From positions 31,064,001 to 31,128,000 of the forward strand of contig NW_024704743.1 in assembly GCF_018977255.1 (NCBI RefSeq): a stretch of DNA of 64,000 nt, given 5' to 3'. The stretch is from Callorhinchus milii. Lineage: Eukaryota. A program made the position numbers and the translations under genes. The notes under the pieces were generated by a model. The model did no database searches. It worked only from the letters and a program-made list of their open reading frames with translations, and had not been told where the DNA came from. Below, in pieces: positions 50,842-64,000 of this stretch (the first letter of the stretch is position 1; each line of letters opens with the position of its first letter).

Positions 50842-52020
50842 TGTGAATTTTTCTTTTTGAAAAAACACTTTGCAACTAATGAAATTATCGCACAAAATAA
50901 CCTGCAAAGGGAATGTTTTCTCTGACAAACCATAGATTTTTTTTTCCATCCTTGGCTCAGTTCATTTTTGACTGACAATTCACTGGGCTTCTTTCAGCAG
51001 TTACGGTTTCTGCTGAGGCCTCAGCAAAATCACACGGGGATGTCAGTCTAATCAAAACTTTAGCTCAGCACTATATCAGGAGCAAAACCCCCAGCTCTGT
51101 TCATGTTGTAAAGCAGACCTGCTGTATTATGAATCAATGCCACAGTGTCATGGGAACTCTCCACTTTAATTAACTGAACCTCCTCACAATTGTCAAGAAC
51201 TCCAGCCACTTTTCAGAGGCTGATCTCAGGTGTCGGAACAGGCTGTTTCAAGATTCCTGAAGGAGAAATACCAGCCACCTCACCTTACTAGTAAGGGTTA
51301 TCAAAATTCCTAGTCAGTAATAATAATCCTTGCATTTGGTATAGTGCCTTATCACATCTTCAAGACTCCCCAGCTCTTTGGGACGTCCTCCCGATGCGAA
51401 AGGTGCTATACAAATGTAATTTTGTTGTTGTCATCTCAAAACCCTTCATGGGATATCCTGTTGAGTGATGTGATTTTGTGTATTTTGTGGGCGAAATGTG
51501 GCAATAATTTAATTTTTTTAAAATTCGAAACCCACTAGTTAATTCTTCAAAAAATCTGAGCTCCAGTGTGGGACTCTTAAAATGTAAAGCTATGGAAGCA
51601 TAAGCTAATTGTCCACATTGGTAAAATAAACCATGCACTCTTAAAAAACACACATGGGAAAACAGCTGACAGTTTTTGTACTGTTAAAGAAACTAGGATT
51701 ATATAGACTTCGGGTTCAGTATCAAGTGGGGGAATAATCTTCCAGACTAATTTAAGGGAACTGACATACTCCTCGATTAGAGGTCCATTGGTGCAACAAA
51801 TATAGTTTATGTAGTGTAATCAGATACAAAGGTATTACAGAAAAATCTTCTTTATTTCATGAAAATTTCTAATAGCAAAACTGATTTAGCCAAGGATTTA
51901 TCTTAGAAGTAAGTCTAGATCAATTTACTCTGATTGCAATTCGCCCACAAATTATACAGTCAATTCACTTTACTGTATATTCTGTGAAGCGCTTCGAGAC
52001 GTATGAAGACATGATAAGGC

Positions 52021-53272
52021 AACAACAACAAAATTACATTTAGAGAGCGCCTTTCACGTCGGGAGGACGTCCCAAAGCGCTGAACAGTCAGGTGTCAGGG
52101 CCCGAGCATAGGGGGAGGGGTGGTGTAGGGGTGAGGGAAGGTAGAGAGGTGGGAGGGAGACTGAAGGCACAATCGAAGAGAAGGGTCTTGAGATCGGCCT
52201 TGAAGGAGGCAAGGGAGGAAGCGAGGCGAAGGGACCGTAGGATGGAGTTCCAGAGTGTGGGGGCAGAGAGACTGAAAGCCCGGCCACCGATGGTAGGGCA
52301 GGTCGGGTGGGAGACATGGAGCAGACTGTAGCCCACTGAATGGAGAGAGCGGGCAGGTTGGTAGGGAGTCAGCAGGTCGGAGAGGTAGGAAGGGGCAAGG
52401 CCATGGATGGCCTTGAAAGTGAGAACGAGGATCTTGAATTCGATCCTCTGGGTGACGGGGAGCTAGTGGAGTTGGGCGAGGGTGCGGGTGATGGGGACAC
52501 AGAGCCTGGTGCATGAGAGTACACGAGCTGCAGAGTTTTAGATGATCTGGATGAAGAGTTGGGAAGGCCGATGAGCAGGGAAATCCCATAGTCGAGCCTT
52601 GATGCGTGAGTGAGGGTTTCGGCAGCCTGAGGGTTGAGGCAGTGGGCGGAGTCTGGCAATGTTGCGGAGGTGGTGGTAGGCAGTGCCAGTCATGGCGTGG
52701 ATGTGGGGGAGAAAGGACAGTTCTGGGTCGAACAAGACACCCAGGTTCCTGACTGGCTTAGTGAGGTTGAGTGTGCAGCCGTGGAGGCTGATGCTGCCAG
52801 TGCCTGAGGTGCGGAGGCACTGGGCGAGCCAATCAGGAGGACCTCGGTCTTGCTCACTTTGAGTTGGAGAAAGTTGGCCCTCGTCCAGGACTTGATGTCA
52901 GACAGGCAGTCGGTCAGGACGCCAGTAGTCCTGGAGTTCAGGGTGGAGGCAGAGAGGTAGAGTTGGATGTCATCCACATACATGTGGAAATTTACCCCAT
53001 GTCTGAGGATGACGTCACCAAGGGGGAGCATGGAGAGGATGAAGAGGAGGGGACCGAGGACAGAGCTCTGAGGAACATTGCACGAAACGGTGCGGGGGCT
53101 GGAGGAGAAGCCGTTTGCCGCAACGAAGTGAAGGGGGTGTGAATGGTAGGACCTGAACCAATCAAGGACAGAATCTTGAAGGTTGAGGTGGGAGGAGAAG
53201 CGGTGGAGGAGGACTGAGTGATCCACGGTGTCAAAGGCGGCGGAGAGGTCGAGGAAGAGGGAGGCCTGGTCA
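52021..53272 (-). mobile_element. L2 LINE, 5'-truncated (longest L2 in window)
   Basis: LDLSAAFDTVDH...[12 protein letters not shown]...YVDDIQLY...IKSW. Antisense tail aacaacaac...gagcgcctttcacgtcgggaggacgtccc. Confidence 0.95.
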
Positions 53273-53302
53273 CACATTGTCAACACTATATCAAATGCAA
53301 GG

Positions 53303-53341
<39 letters not shown>

Positions 53342-53859
53342 TCAACTCCCCACCAAAGCATCCTCTAGACAAGAATTCAGAGAGGACATAACGATAAAGA
53401 TCCTTTAAGCCTTTCTTCTGGTCATTCACAATAACTGCTTCCTTCCCTACCTTACCCACACTGTCACCAAACCCCTCATTCATGCCTTTATCCAGGTTTG
53501 ATCTCTCCAGTGCCCTCCTCACAGACTAGTTTGACTCTCCAAAAGCACCAGCTCCCACCTTACTTGGACTTCCACTTTGTCACTGTAAAGTGGTTTGAGA
53601 CATGATACAAATGTAAGTTGTGGTTGATGGCACGTTACAAACTCCACTTGGCCAAGCAACCCAATCTGTTAAACGCCAGACTTAAGACCAGAAGGCTCTG
53701 GGGTTCAGTCCTATTGAGCTCACTTCGTCTTTCACCCTTTCAAGTATGGTAACTAAACAAAAATCCCCTGTTAGGCTAGGTTTGCCTGGGGCTGAATTAA
53801 GTCTTAGGAAGACAGGAAATGCACCTGAACTGATCACTGATACTTAAAGTTCAATACAA

Positions 53860-54200
53860 AAAAATTGCATTGATACAGTGCCTTTCATGTCGAGAGGATG
53901 TCTCAACTCAAAGCACTTTACACAGCTGGCTGAGCCCTGGAGCTAGGAGGGAGAAGAGGCTAAATAAGGTAGGTGGGTTGAAGAGGTTGGAGAGGGGAGC
54001 AAGATAACCAAAAGAGTGATCAAAGAGGTAAGTCAAAGTGGGCTTTGAAAGTAGGGTGGGAGAAGGGGAAGTCAAAGTGGGCTTTGAAAGTAGGGTGGGA
54101 GAAGGGGAAGTCAAAGTGGGCTTTGAAAGTAGGGTGGGAGAAGGAGGGAGCGATTCAAAGGGACTCCAGAGAGGAGGGCTGAATGACTGAAAACTCTGCA
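53860..54200 (-). mobile_element. Old L2 3' fragment
   Basis: Antisense tail gtgcctttcatgtcgagaggatgtctca and a purine-rich 3' UTR strand. Confidence 0.6.
54031..54144. repeat. 39-bp tandem repeat x~2.9
   Basis: agtcaaagtgggctttgaaagtagggtgggagaagggga at 54031, 54070 and 54109; units identical over the shared length. Confidence 0.95.
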
Positions 54201-54490
54201 CTTCCCCCAAAGTACAGATAAATGCAAGGTATCCCACATAGGAAATAAAAATAGCAGGCACATGCATTCCATGAATGACATGGAACTTGGCAAGGGAGAA
54301 GCTGAAAGAGACCTATTAGTTAACTTGTCACTCACTATGTCAAAACAATGTGAAGCAGTAATAACCAAGGCAAACAGAATGCTGAGCTATATTGCCAAAT
54401 CAGTTGGTTTCAGATCCCAAAAGTAATGCTCAAACTGTACAATGCTCTCCCTGGTGAGGCTGCACCTAGAGTACTGCTCTGGTCACCACA
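54200..54490 (+). mobile_element. CR1 fragment
   Basis: gataaatgcaaggt...aaggcaaacagaatgctgagctatattgcc...ctgcacctagagtactg (KANRML, HLEYC). Confidence 0.85.
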
Positions 54491-54676
54491 ACTCTCAATT
54501 GCAGTGCTTCAATGGTCTTTTCCTGACTGATCTTATGCAACCTGCTCTTCATTTTACAATCATATATGCTATTTTCAGTACTTAATATATAGTACAATGT
54601 CACAACAGCAAACAACACATTGCATTCATAGAGCGCCTCTCATGTTGGGAGGACTTCCCAAGGCAATGGACAGTGA

Positions 54677-54883
54677 AGCCTTCAGCTCCCCTCTCGACTC
54701 TCTTCCCCCTTCTCGCTCCCTCCCATCCCTCCCCTCACCCTGACCATTTCCCCCCTCCTCGCTCCCTCCCCTCCCCTCACCCTGACCATTTCCCCCCTGC
54801 TCGGATCATGACCCAACTGTGCAGCGCCTTGGGACGTCCTCCTGACGTGAAAGGCGCTTTATAAATGGAATCTTGTTGTTGTT
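54677..54883 (+). mobile_element. Young L2 3' end
   Basis: Nearly identical to 7770-8030; two 3' UTR repeat units; (TTG)n tail. Confidence 0.92.
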
Positions 54884-54899
54884 GAAGGGTTTGCATCCG

Positions 54900-55145
54900 A
54901 GCTGGGAAATGAAGACAACAGGGATGGAGGGCAAGTTGGGTGGAGACCAAAGACACAGTCAGAGAGGAAGGTCTTGAGACGGGCCTTCAAGAAGGCAAGG
55001 GAAGGGCGAGATAGAGGAGCTTCTGGATGGAGTTCCAGAGGGTGTGGGTCGAAAGACTGAAGGCCAGATTGTGGAGAAGACAGGGCGGAGGACATGGAGC
55101 AGGCCAGAGCCTGCCAAGCAGAGGGAGTGGAAAGGTTGGTAACTA
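54900..55145 (-). mobile_element. L2 3' fragment, tail-to-tail with the previous copy
   Basis: ggtcttgagacgggccttcaagaaggcaagg...gatggagttccagagggt is antisense L2. Confidence 0.8.
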
Positions 55146-57689
55146 TGGAAAGTCATTTGTGATTCATCTACAGAGTTGCTAAGTCCCTTTGTATTTCACT
55201 AAATTTGATTGTCCCTTCTGAAGTTCCTGCTGCCCTGAACAAGTTGGCACAGTCTGTAAATTGTTTTAATATCTGTATTAACATCATTTAGAAACACTCC
55301 ATATTTAGCCAAGGTGCTTGGGCTCGTCTTTCAGGAACTCTGATGGTTCAATTACAATGCCTTCAACTAATCATTAATCTTTGCTGCTTATTACAGTGTC
55401 TCATGATAATCCAGTGTTGAGGATATATAAAATGCCAATCTGCATAATAGCGAGGCTCAATAGTGGGCTTTACTCCAAATGCACACTGCCAGCTAACTTG
55501 TTTCCTGTCCTCTGACCGAGTCCTGTGCTGTTTAAGTAAAAGCCCACTTCTGCGAATGTCACTTCCTGTTTTCCACCTTACTGCAGTGCAATTGCATTAT
55601 TGAAGCTGCACTGTATTTAGTTGCTCCATTAAGGTACAATATTCTCCTTTATCCCTTGAACTTTAGCCAAAAGTCACTTTGCAAAGCATACAATTTGTGA
55701 ACTTCTGAAAGTTGACATACATCATCCACACAAACTTACCCACCAATTTGGTTTTATTTTGGAAGACTGTTACAACATGCAAGTTAAGGCTCGCATTTCA
55801 TAAACCAAGGTTGTCTGTCTTGATTCATTAATTGATTTATATGCCTGGATACCCTGAGTAACAACCAAATAGGTCTCAGAATTAAGTTCCTGACCTATTG
55901 GAAAATTTAAATATTGGTTATTTTCTTATTTTCTGGTAGTATCACCCCACAATGAAATAAGACCACAAGACATACTTCCTGCAATCTATTCTTGAATGCA
56001 TTCCATTTGATCTTGTTGCCTTATTCAGGATCCAGTGTTTAATAACTATTTTGTTACGTTATTAACCAACCTAATTTTTACTCCTATTTTGTTAGCCAAT
56101 TTAATGGCAACCCAGAGAATTCCTAACCAAAGCTGATACATCCAAACAAAGTAAAGGTCTCAGAACGGGGACAACTTGTAAATGCAAATTGAATCAGTAT
56201 TCAATTTGATTTATTTTCAAATAACATGAGGTAGTCCATCAAGTTTCCTTTTCAAGAAAAACAATTTCTTTGTTTCTTTTTAGCAGGTAATTTCTTTTCC
56301 CAAATAAAAGTGAACATGTTCCCAAAATATGCAAATAATGGTGCACTTTGCACTCAATTAACTGGCTTGTTTTGCAACACTAACTCTGTAACTGCTCAGA
56401 ATTTATTTAGGGTTGGAACTTTTTTGGCATAGGAAGAAGACTAAACAATGTGCAGACATCTCCTTGGGATGAATTTTAGCAGCAGTCAGAGGCAGCTGTA
56501 TGATCACCAGTTAAACACAGTATAAAAACAAAGGACATGAATAAGGATTTTTCATTAGATTTGCACAGAAAGGCACACAATGGAAGGCAACTAACAGTTT
56601 AATTAAGCGCCAACGTTCAGAAAGCACGTCTATGGCCCTATCTCCTGTAGTCAATGGCAACTATTTAAATAAGTATCTCAATTAGCTCCCTTAGCTAGAT
56701 AAAATCTTTCAAAGGTATTGTTTATTCAGAGCTCATAAGGGAGAGAGGGGTACAATTAATACTGGTTTTCTAACACCCAATAATCCAGTATCAAAATGAA
56801 ATTCTACTCAAGGGTTTGTTGTGAAGAGCAGATGGCTTTACAAAGTCAAAGAGAGGAGACATGACACCAAACAGCAGAATCAATCCATAACTGTCTCTTG
56901 GCATTACTGCAGCAGCTCACTAATCTAATGGCACTGAGAACGGTGATCCTACCTTAACTTCCACTTACAGAACCGAAGGTAACAGGTCAGACAGTTTGGA
57001 TCTCCCCTCTTCCCCTCTTGCTCCCATTTGATCTTTTACCCTTTCTACTGGAATCTAATTGGAAGACATTATATTTAGCACAGCCAAAAAATATTCAAGG
57101 ATCCATCAGTTTTCAATGATGTCTCTGCCCGCATTGGATTGGCCACAGGGCTGGAGAAGTACATTACTGTAATTTTTTTTATGACTGCACAGCACAATTA
57201 TTTGTAGTCAACAATGCAACACTGGCGAGCATGTTCAATTCCAACGAACACGCACCTACATACTTCTTGATTTCAAATTATAAGTGCCTGAGAATACTGA
57301 TACAGTATTTAGCCAAAATTGCCACTTTATATTCATCTATTCAATGTTCTACATACTCGCTTTCCATCCTTTTGGACTGAAGGTAAATGTTATATCCTTT
57401 ATTCATTAATGTATCAGATCTTTTAAAGAGTAAAGGGCAAACAGGTTCAGCAAATGGCTGTCTGGCATTTTACTCAAGATTTAAAATCATACAAAAATCT
57501 TTACAGAAGGAGGCTCTTTTTTGTTCGCTCCCCCATTGGGATTAATTTATCGACTCTAATCCCGTTTCCCCATCTCCTTTCTATAAAATGCAAGTTGTTG
57601 TTGTTTCTATATTGACTGCAGCACTTTGATAGATTATTTAGTTCATGCCCTTTGCCCATTACTTGGTCGACATTTTAGGATCATCCCTG

Positions 57690-58100
57690 GAGTCCTATAA
57701 TTCAGTGGTTAGAGCACTCAATTCGCAAGTTAGAAACTTGGGTTTGTTTTCTGTCAGGGTGAAACGTTGGGAAAGTTTCCTTACTCCACACTCCTCTGTT
57801 TACGTAGGGGTAAGTTGGAACCCTGCTGGTAGTCAATTGGCGGATCGCTTTTCTAGGGATAATTTTTTAAAAAATAATAGTAAATTAGGCACTCAATCCA
57901 TATGACTGTTTTGGGGACATTGCTGTGCGCAGCGCAATTGGCTGCCGCGTTCGCCCACAAATATACAGTCAATTCACTTTACAGTGTGTTCTGTGAAGCG
58001 CTTTGGGACATCCTCCCGACGTGAAAAGCGCTATATCAAATGCAAGGATTATTATTATTATTATTATGATAAGGCACGACATAAAATGCAAGGATTATTA
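57690..58100 (+). mobile_element. SINE long form, with a younger 3' part and a second tail
   Basis: Head gagtcctataattcagtggttagagcactc; extra internal segment ~57793-57860; two aatgcaaggattatta tails. Confidence 0.88.
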
Positions 58101-59017
58101 TAACGAAATAGTACTTTTNCTTTAAAAAGTTTTCTTTTAAAACTCTCATCTAGTTGTCATACTTTTTAGAAAAAACACTCAATAAAGCATAGAAAAATGT
58201 AATTAGTTTTGCCTCTCTTCAGGTCAGTTTTATGAGACATACAATAAAGATCTGTAACCATTGCACAAGGCACTGCCAAGTAAAATTGAATCGAGACACA
58301 GGTTAGTAGAACAAAAGGCTGCAAATGGCCACATTGAAATATATTGCCCAGGTTGCAGTCAGTTGGCATGAATTACAAAATGAACAAACCTGACTTAGGT
58401 TGTATCTCCCATGTTCTGAAGAATGTTTGGGGCAATTAAATTCAGAATAATTATACCAGGCAACCCCTGTTATAACGGGGTGTTTCGTTCCATAAAATCA
58501 GATACAATTTAGAATGGGTTGGCAGAAAAATGGTCAATAGCTGATTTCCCATGTAACCGGCTGGATTGCTGTCTACGTGCACAGGAACCTTGTTAGTTAG
58601 CCACAACCACTCTCACAAGCGTTCAATACTAGAAATGCACACGACAATGGTCACAGCTGACCAGCATGCACAGGAAGCTAACCGGGCCATGCCAGAAATG
58701 TACTGCATTTCCTGTAACCACTGGTCCACAGGATACCCATGTTATTGGTGGACTTGCACTATCGTGAAGCATGTTATATATAAGTGGTTGCCCTGTGTTA
58801 CAGATCACCTTTGAACTGTCCATATTTTAATTGGAAGAGAAAACTCATGTCCATCCCACCTTTGGAAGGTTCTCAAAGCTGTGAGTTACACCACTTCAAC
58901 AGCTTGGCAAGGTTAGTGCTTCAAAAGCATTCCACGACCAGAAACAAGACGAACAGTCTGATACAGACCAACCTAGCCTGGAACACTATATGTACATTAT
59001 TAGTACATTATTTTAAA

Positions 59018-59250
59018 CTAATAATAATCCTTGCATGTGACATAGCGCTTTATCACGTCTTTGAGGCGTCTCAAAGCGCTTCACAGAATATACTGTAAAG
59101 TGAGTTGACTGTATGTTTTGTGGGCGAAACACATCAGCCAATTTTGCACAGCAATGTCCCACAAACAGTTGTGGATTGAAGTGACCAATTTATTAAATTA
59201 CTTTTTTTTTGAAGGAACTATTACCCCCAGAGAAGTGATCCGTCAATGGA
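59018..59250 (-). mobile_element. Same SINE family, 3' two-thirds
   Basis: aataatccttgcatgtga...gcacagcaatgtcccacaaacag. Confidence 0.88.
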
Positions 59251-62200
59251 CTAAAATGATCTGTTTATGTTTCTATGTGCAAGGCATATCAACCATAACC
59301 AGAAAGTTTGACATTAAGTGATGGCTGATTGCCACAAACCTCCCTTCACTATCTGGCTCTATAACTCATTTGTACTTTGCACAAGTTATTAGTTACAAGT
59401 CTCCAAATTATTTGTCAACACATCCCTCCCTCTATGTGGATTTTACATGAATACTGCAACATTTATTTTGATTCTATTTAACATCCTTAATTTTCTTTTT
59501 AGGGAGCAGAAATAAGCTGACTTTTCATGGATATCAACTGCACTAAAAAAGCAATTGCTTTACTGATACCATAAAATGGAACTCTGTTTCATGCTGTTTG
59601 CAGTCAGGTTGTGTTTATGGATAACAGAAATTGAATAGCTTGAAGAAGGTAATGTGGCTGGGTAAACCATAAATGAGAAAAGTGAACCAAGTATAGTTCC
59701 CCCAAATATGAGGAATCATTTTTACTTCCTGGCATGTATATAGTACATGTGTTTAAAAGTACCATTCCTTGTTCTTTATATTTAACTGCGCATAATGTTC
59801 GTATTAGTATTCTGTTTGTGCAAACATATAGAAGCTGCAAAATTTGTATAATTTTTCTTATGTCAATAGGTTCCCTAGTGATTAATTTCAGTGGCAATCT
59901 GACTATACATGATTAAACATTATGCAAAGTAGTATCTAATTCAGTTTGATGAACAGCTGTAGATAAGAAAAGGCATTTAAAGATCTGTTTTTGAAATATG
60001 CATAATTGATGTCTGCTGTTATGCATTTTATATGTTTTAAGAACTATATCCCAATCCTACTCCAATTCCAATGAGACCTAATTCGAGGAAACACACAAGT
60101 ATTACCAGAATGGGGTTTGATGAATCAAAATAAAAAGAGATAAATAAATTCTCAACGATTGGCATCATCCACAGAATAAGCCTGGTTCTAACAGGGAGAT
60201 ATCACAGTGAACATTCTGCAACAATTTCATTTAAAGTAAAATTGGAAAAGACATTATTTTAAAATAATTTTGAGTTTGGTAAGAGGAAATGTAATAAAAT
60301 AGGCATTGACATACTTTAATACAGTACAATGTACTCTTAACATTTTATTTTTAAACATCTTCTATCCTGCGACAGTGTTTGTCACAGATAGTTTGGTTGT
60401 TTGTTATAAATACAGTAATAGCATTTAAACAGTGCAGTTTGAACATATAGTTGGTGGGGAAAAGAGGAGAAAATAGTGGTTTGGTCTTTCATTTTGTCAC
60501 TAGATTTGTATCAATTGTAAGAAAAACAATAGCTTGATTCTGTAATGGCAAGACAGTAGGCTGGGTATTCTGGAAGGATGAGATCAAATGGACCAAAAGG
60601 TCTTCATCTGAATCTCTCTTGTGAAAACCTGATAACTTATAAGTTACGAGGGCTACCTCATTTGTAGAATACATTCAGTTCCCATGTGTATTTTCTGTTG
60701 AACCCAGTTTTGTCTGTGTGATGTGTGACATTGTCTGACCCCATCAAGTGTGCCTTGCCAGTTCCTTCATTATTTCTGATATTTTGATGTTACCCACAGC
60801 GGTAAATATATCAGACAAGTGAGTGAAACTTGCAGCTCATAGCCTGTTTGGTCACAAAAGGAAAAAAGGCAAGAGGTAACTGAACAGATCTACAGTAGAA
60901 CTCAAATGATCAGGATTGTTGTACTTTCTATCAGAAACGCCTTCAGATCATTTGTGCAAAGAATCAGCTTGCAATGTGGGTGTAGAATGCAGAATGCCCC
61001 CAACAGCCCTGACTTCAAGGGAGAAAGTAGCAGGCTATGTCTGACGTGTCTTTCATTTTGTCAGTAAAAGAGATCAGATGGGTATGCAGGCTTCCTGTTC
61101 TTTAATTCCCAACAAAAACGTTTGGGACATCCTAGAATTGTTTTTAATAATCACAAAGCCGTGATCTGCAGATGGTGTCCATGAGCTTGAATGAAAATGG
61201 TTCTGACAGGTGACATGTTACATAATTCATCCAGTCAAGTGAAATTAACCATTAAAAAGCATACCAGGTGTGAATTACTTTGTTGCGAGCTGCTGGTGAC
61301 ACACTGTCAAGCTGAATTGCAGGAAACCTTCCTTGTTGTTGTACTAAGCCCGTAAAAATGGATAACACATCAAAACCCTTCACAATAGAAAGGATCATGA
61401 CGAGAAGCCCTATTCCAAACCATTGGAGTCTTCAGTTTCACTTAATGTAATAAACTGAAATGGGGAATCAATCTGTTTTTTTCTAATATTAGGAAAGAAA
61501 ACTCTGCTTATATCTGGCCTCTGTGGGATTATATTGGAGGGAGGTATGTATTTTAGTGCTGGAGAGTCCAAGCACTTCTGGCAAACCTCCCACACTCAGA
61601 GCCAACAATGAGGAACCAAGCCTACAAAATCAGTTTTTCACAACCGTCACAACCGAGATTGGACTGGACATTTTGTCTATTCTCCCTCTCTCCCTCCCTC
61701 TTTCGAAATCCAGGACTGTGGCTTTCAACCTGCCTCGCAAATATCTGCATCATGTAAATTTTTTAAATTTTTAACACAACAGGGTAAAACAGAGCTAAGG
61801 GACCTTTGCTTAAAGCTTTCTCTCCAACTTCCAGGTTACTAGTTTTTATTCTGCTGATTACTTTGTAATCATAGTTTGTTTCTCTGGATTCCAGGAACGC
61901 ACTAAGGCATGGGGATGGATCATGGAAATCACCACAGAATCCCTCCCACTGATTTGGTGCTCCAGCCTCAAAAAATAAACTGAAATTTGGGGAGGTTTAT
62001 TCATAACCTTTGCAAAGTGATTATATGACAGGTATTTATTCCCAATATGTCTGCTATAAAAGGATGTCCAAACGTCAATGCGCTTAAAATGCCATTATAA
62101 TTTGAATGGGTTGTATTTATGTAAATTAGTAAATATCATTTCGAAAAGCAGCTTGTGGATTACTTTCTCAGACTTTTCTAGTGCTATTTGTTCAGTAGAG

Positions 62201-62640
62201 ATTAAAATGTTCACAGTGGAGGTTTGGACGGAGCACAGCATACTGCAAATACTCACCAGGCAGACGTAAATGCTGATTTTTCCATTAATTTTTTTTACTA
62301 GCTCTAAGATAAGGTATTTTTTAGCTTAAAAAACATAATTGTTCATTTTTAAGTGCAAGTAAAAGAGAATTCCCCTCTTTCGCTCTCCCTTCCTAACCTT
62401 TTAGCTTTAAATATGATGAAAATTCTTGTTTCTAGCCACTGTTTTTTTTTAATATACATTTCTTGGCCTTTCTATTACATTTGTGACTTTTCTGTCCCTT
62501 CCACATTCCTTGATTTGCTAGTTTATTTTGCTGCCCTTGAATTCTACAAGCCTAACTAAAAAGAACATACGAATCAAACCTGACTTTTTTTGGACAACAT
62601 CTATAAGATTCCTGCTGCAGAACCTCTGGTGTTTATAGTG

Positions 62641-62700
62641 AGTATTAAGTGCAGGTTGGCAAGAGCTAAAGCTTGAGGACCCCACGGTGTGCAGTGTCGT
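62641..62700 (-). mobile_element. Short fragment of the fold-back RTE-like family (right arm, antisense)
   Basis: agtattaagtgcaggttggcaagagctaaagcttgaggacccca is close to the reverse complement of 8452-8494 and 31109-31152. Confidence 0.65.
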
Positions 62701-62704
62701 ACTA

Positions 62705-63120
62705 TGCTCCCCTGGCTCCCAATTGCCGAAAGGATTGATTTCAAGATCCTCTCACTCGTTTGCAATCCCTTCATGTCCTCGGACCTCCCGTCCTATCCGA
62801 CCTGCTTACCACCCACTCCACCACCTGCTGCCTCTGCTCAGCCAGCGCCGACCTCCTTTTTGTCCCTCGTGCCTTCCGCTTTATCATCGGTGGCCATTCC
62901 TTCAGCTACTACGCTCCGAAACTCTGGAGCTTTCTCCCTCAATCCCTTGCCTTCTCACTCCCCAACCTTCAAATCCTGCCTAAAGACTCTTCTTGATGGT
63001 GCTTATGGTCACCTGCCCCCTCCCACTTCCCCTGGCTCAGAGTCAGACTCCGCCACTGTCAAGAGCTCTGGGATGCTACCCTGTGTAAAGTAAGTAACAA
63101 ATGCAAGTTGTTGTTGTTGT
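62705..63120 (+). mobile_element. L2 3' fragment
   Basis: LPWLPIAERIDFKIL; tail aatgcaagttgttgttgttg. Confidence 0.85.
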
Positions 63121-64000
63121 CTCGAAGATGTAATAAGATGCTATATCAAATGCAAGGATTATTATTGTTATTGGAGTTCTCACAGCGAAGTCCCGGAAGT
63201 AATATCGCACAATGTATGTGCTCACATGTCAAACCAAAGCTTTCAAAAGCAGAAGTATTGCAGCGTAAGAGCAAAATTGTACTCAGCTGTGAAATACAAA
63301 AGCAACAATTTGCACTTGTGTTACACTTTTCACGTTGGATGAACGTCTCAAACTACTTCAAGACCAATTGGTATTAGTAAGAAAAGCACCTCAACAGAGC
63401 ACCAACTTTAGTAGAATCTTTACATTTGATTTAGCGCCTTTCACATCAGGACGTCCCAAAGTGCTTCACAGGGTGTGCTGTAAGGTGTATGGTAACTATG
63501 TTTTGTGGGCAAATGTGGCAGCCAATTTGCAAACAAAAATGTCAACAGCCAGGGAGTGAATGACCAATTTTGACATGCACTTAACTCTCATGTCAAAATT
63601 TAAATTCTGTTTTGTGAATTAATGAAAATAATAACTGCTAGCAAGAAAATAAACTCTTTGAGTGATTCAGGCAATACCACAACCCATAAGAGTGAACAAT
63701 ATACAATCAGTGTTACCTGAACTCCAAAATCAGAATGAACAATTTTTCTTCTCTTCCAACCCCCCACCCCAATCCTTCAGCAAAGTATTGAATATGTGGA
63801 AGAGCCATGCAGCCAAAACAGCTGATACTCTTTGGAAAAGAAGCTGCAAAAATATCTGGCTGACATTGTTGTAAATGAAGCACAGAGAAAATAGATTGAG
63901 AGGATTGCAGTAATAGTCCACAGTAACGATAGAGTGGGTTTTGCATAGCTTGCAGAAAGAGCAGTCTTGATGGGCTGAGTGCATATTGTCATTTCATGCT

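Noticed and set aside
7801..54144. Tandem repeats of 39-46 bp as possible CRISPR-like arrays
   Set aside because: No unique spacers, embedded in L2 elements, eukaryotic context.
9285..58119. Single N bases at 9285, 39147 and 58119
   Set aside because: All sit in A/T homopolymer runs and reflect assembly ambiguity, not biology.
46860..64000. Expected upstream CDKAL1 exon (...LRLGMTNPPYILEHLE)
   Set aside because: Not found by eye or in the ORF track; probably lies beyond the window end.

Overview
AT-rich vertebrate genomic DNA, probably from a cartilaginous fish (inferred from the CR1/L2/Deu-SINE repertoire; species not determinable here). The window lies inside CDKAL1 on the minus strand. 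Two coding exons are visible: 46714-46859 ([48 protein letters not shown]) and 1-71 ([23 protein letters not shown], cut by the window edge). They are joined by a 46.6-kb phase-2 GT-AG intron. The rest is intronic, with many 5'-truncated L2 and CR1 LINEs and a tRNA-derived SINE family that shares its 3' stem-loop with the local L2, often nested. The most unusual item is a poly(A)-tailed repeat family with about 8 fragments, the longest at ~29775-31335. Its left half carries decayed RTE-clade-like reverse-transcriptase motifs, followed just past the centre by a C2H2 finger. The whole ~1.5 kb is an imperfect palindrome, i.e. a predicted rod-like fold-back RNA, and its arm-specific differences are shared between copies. 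All alignments were done by eye and repeat boundaries are approximate. No prokaryotic features were seen.
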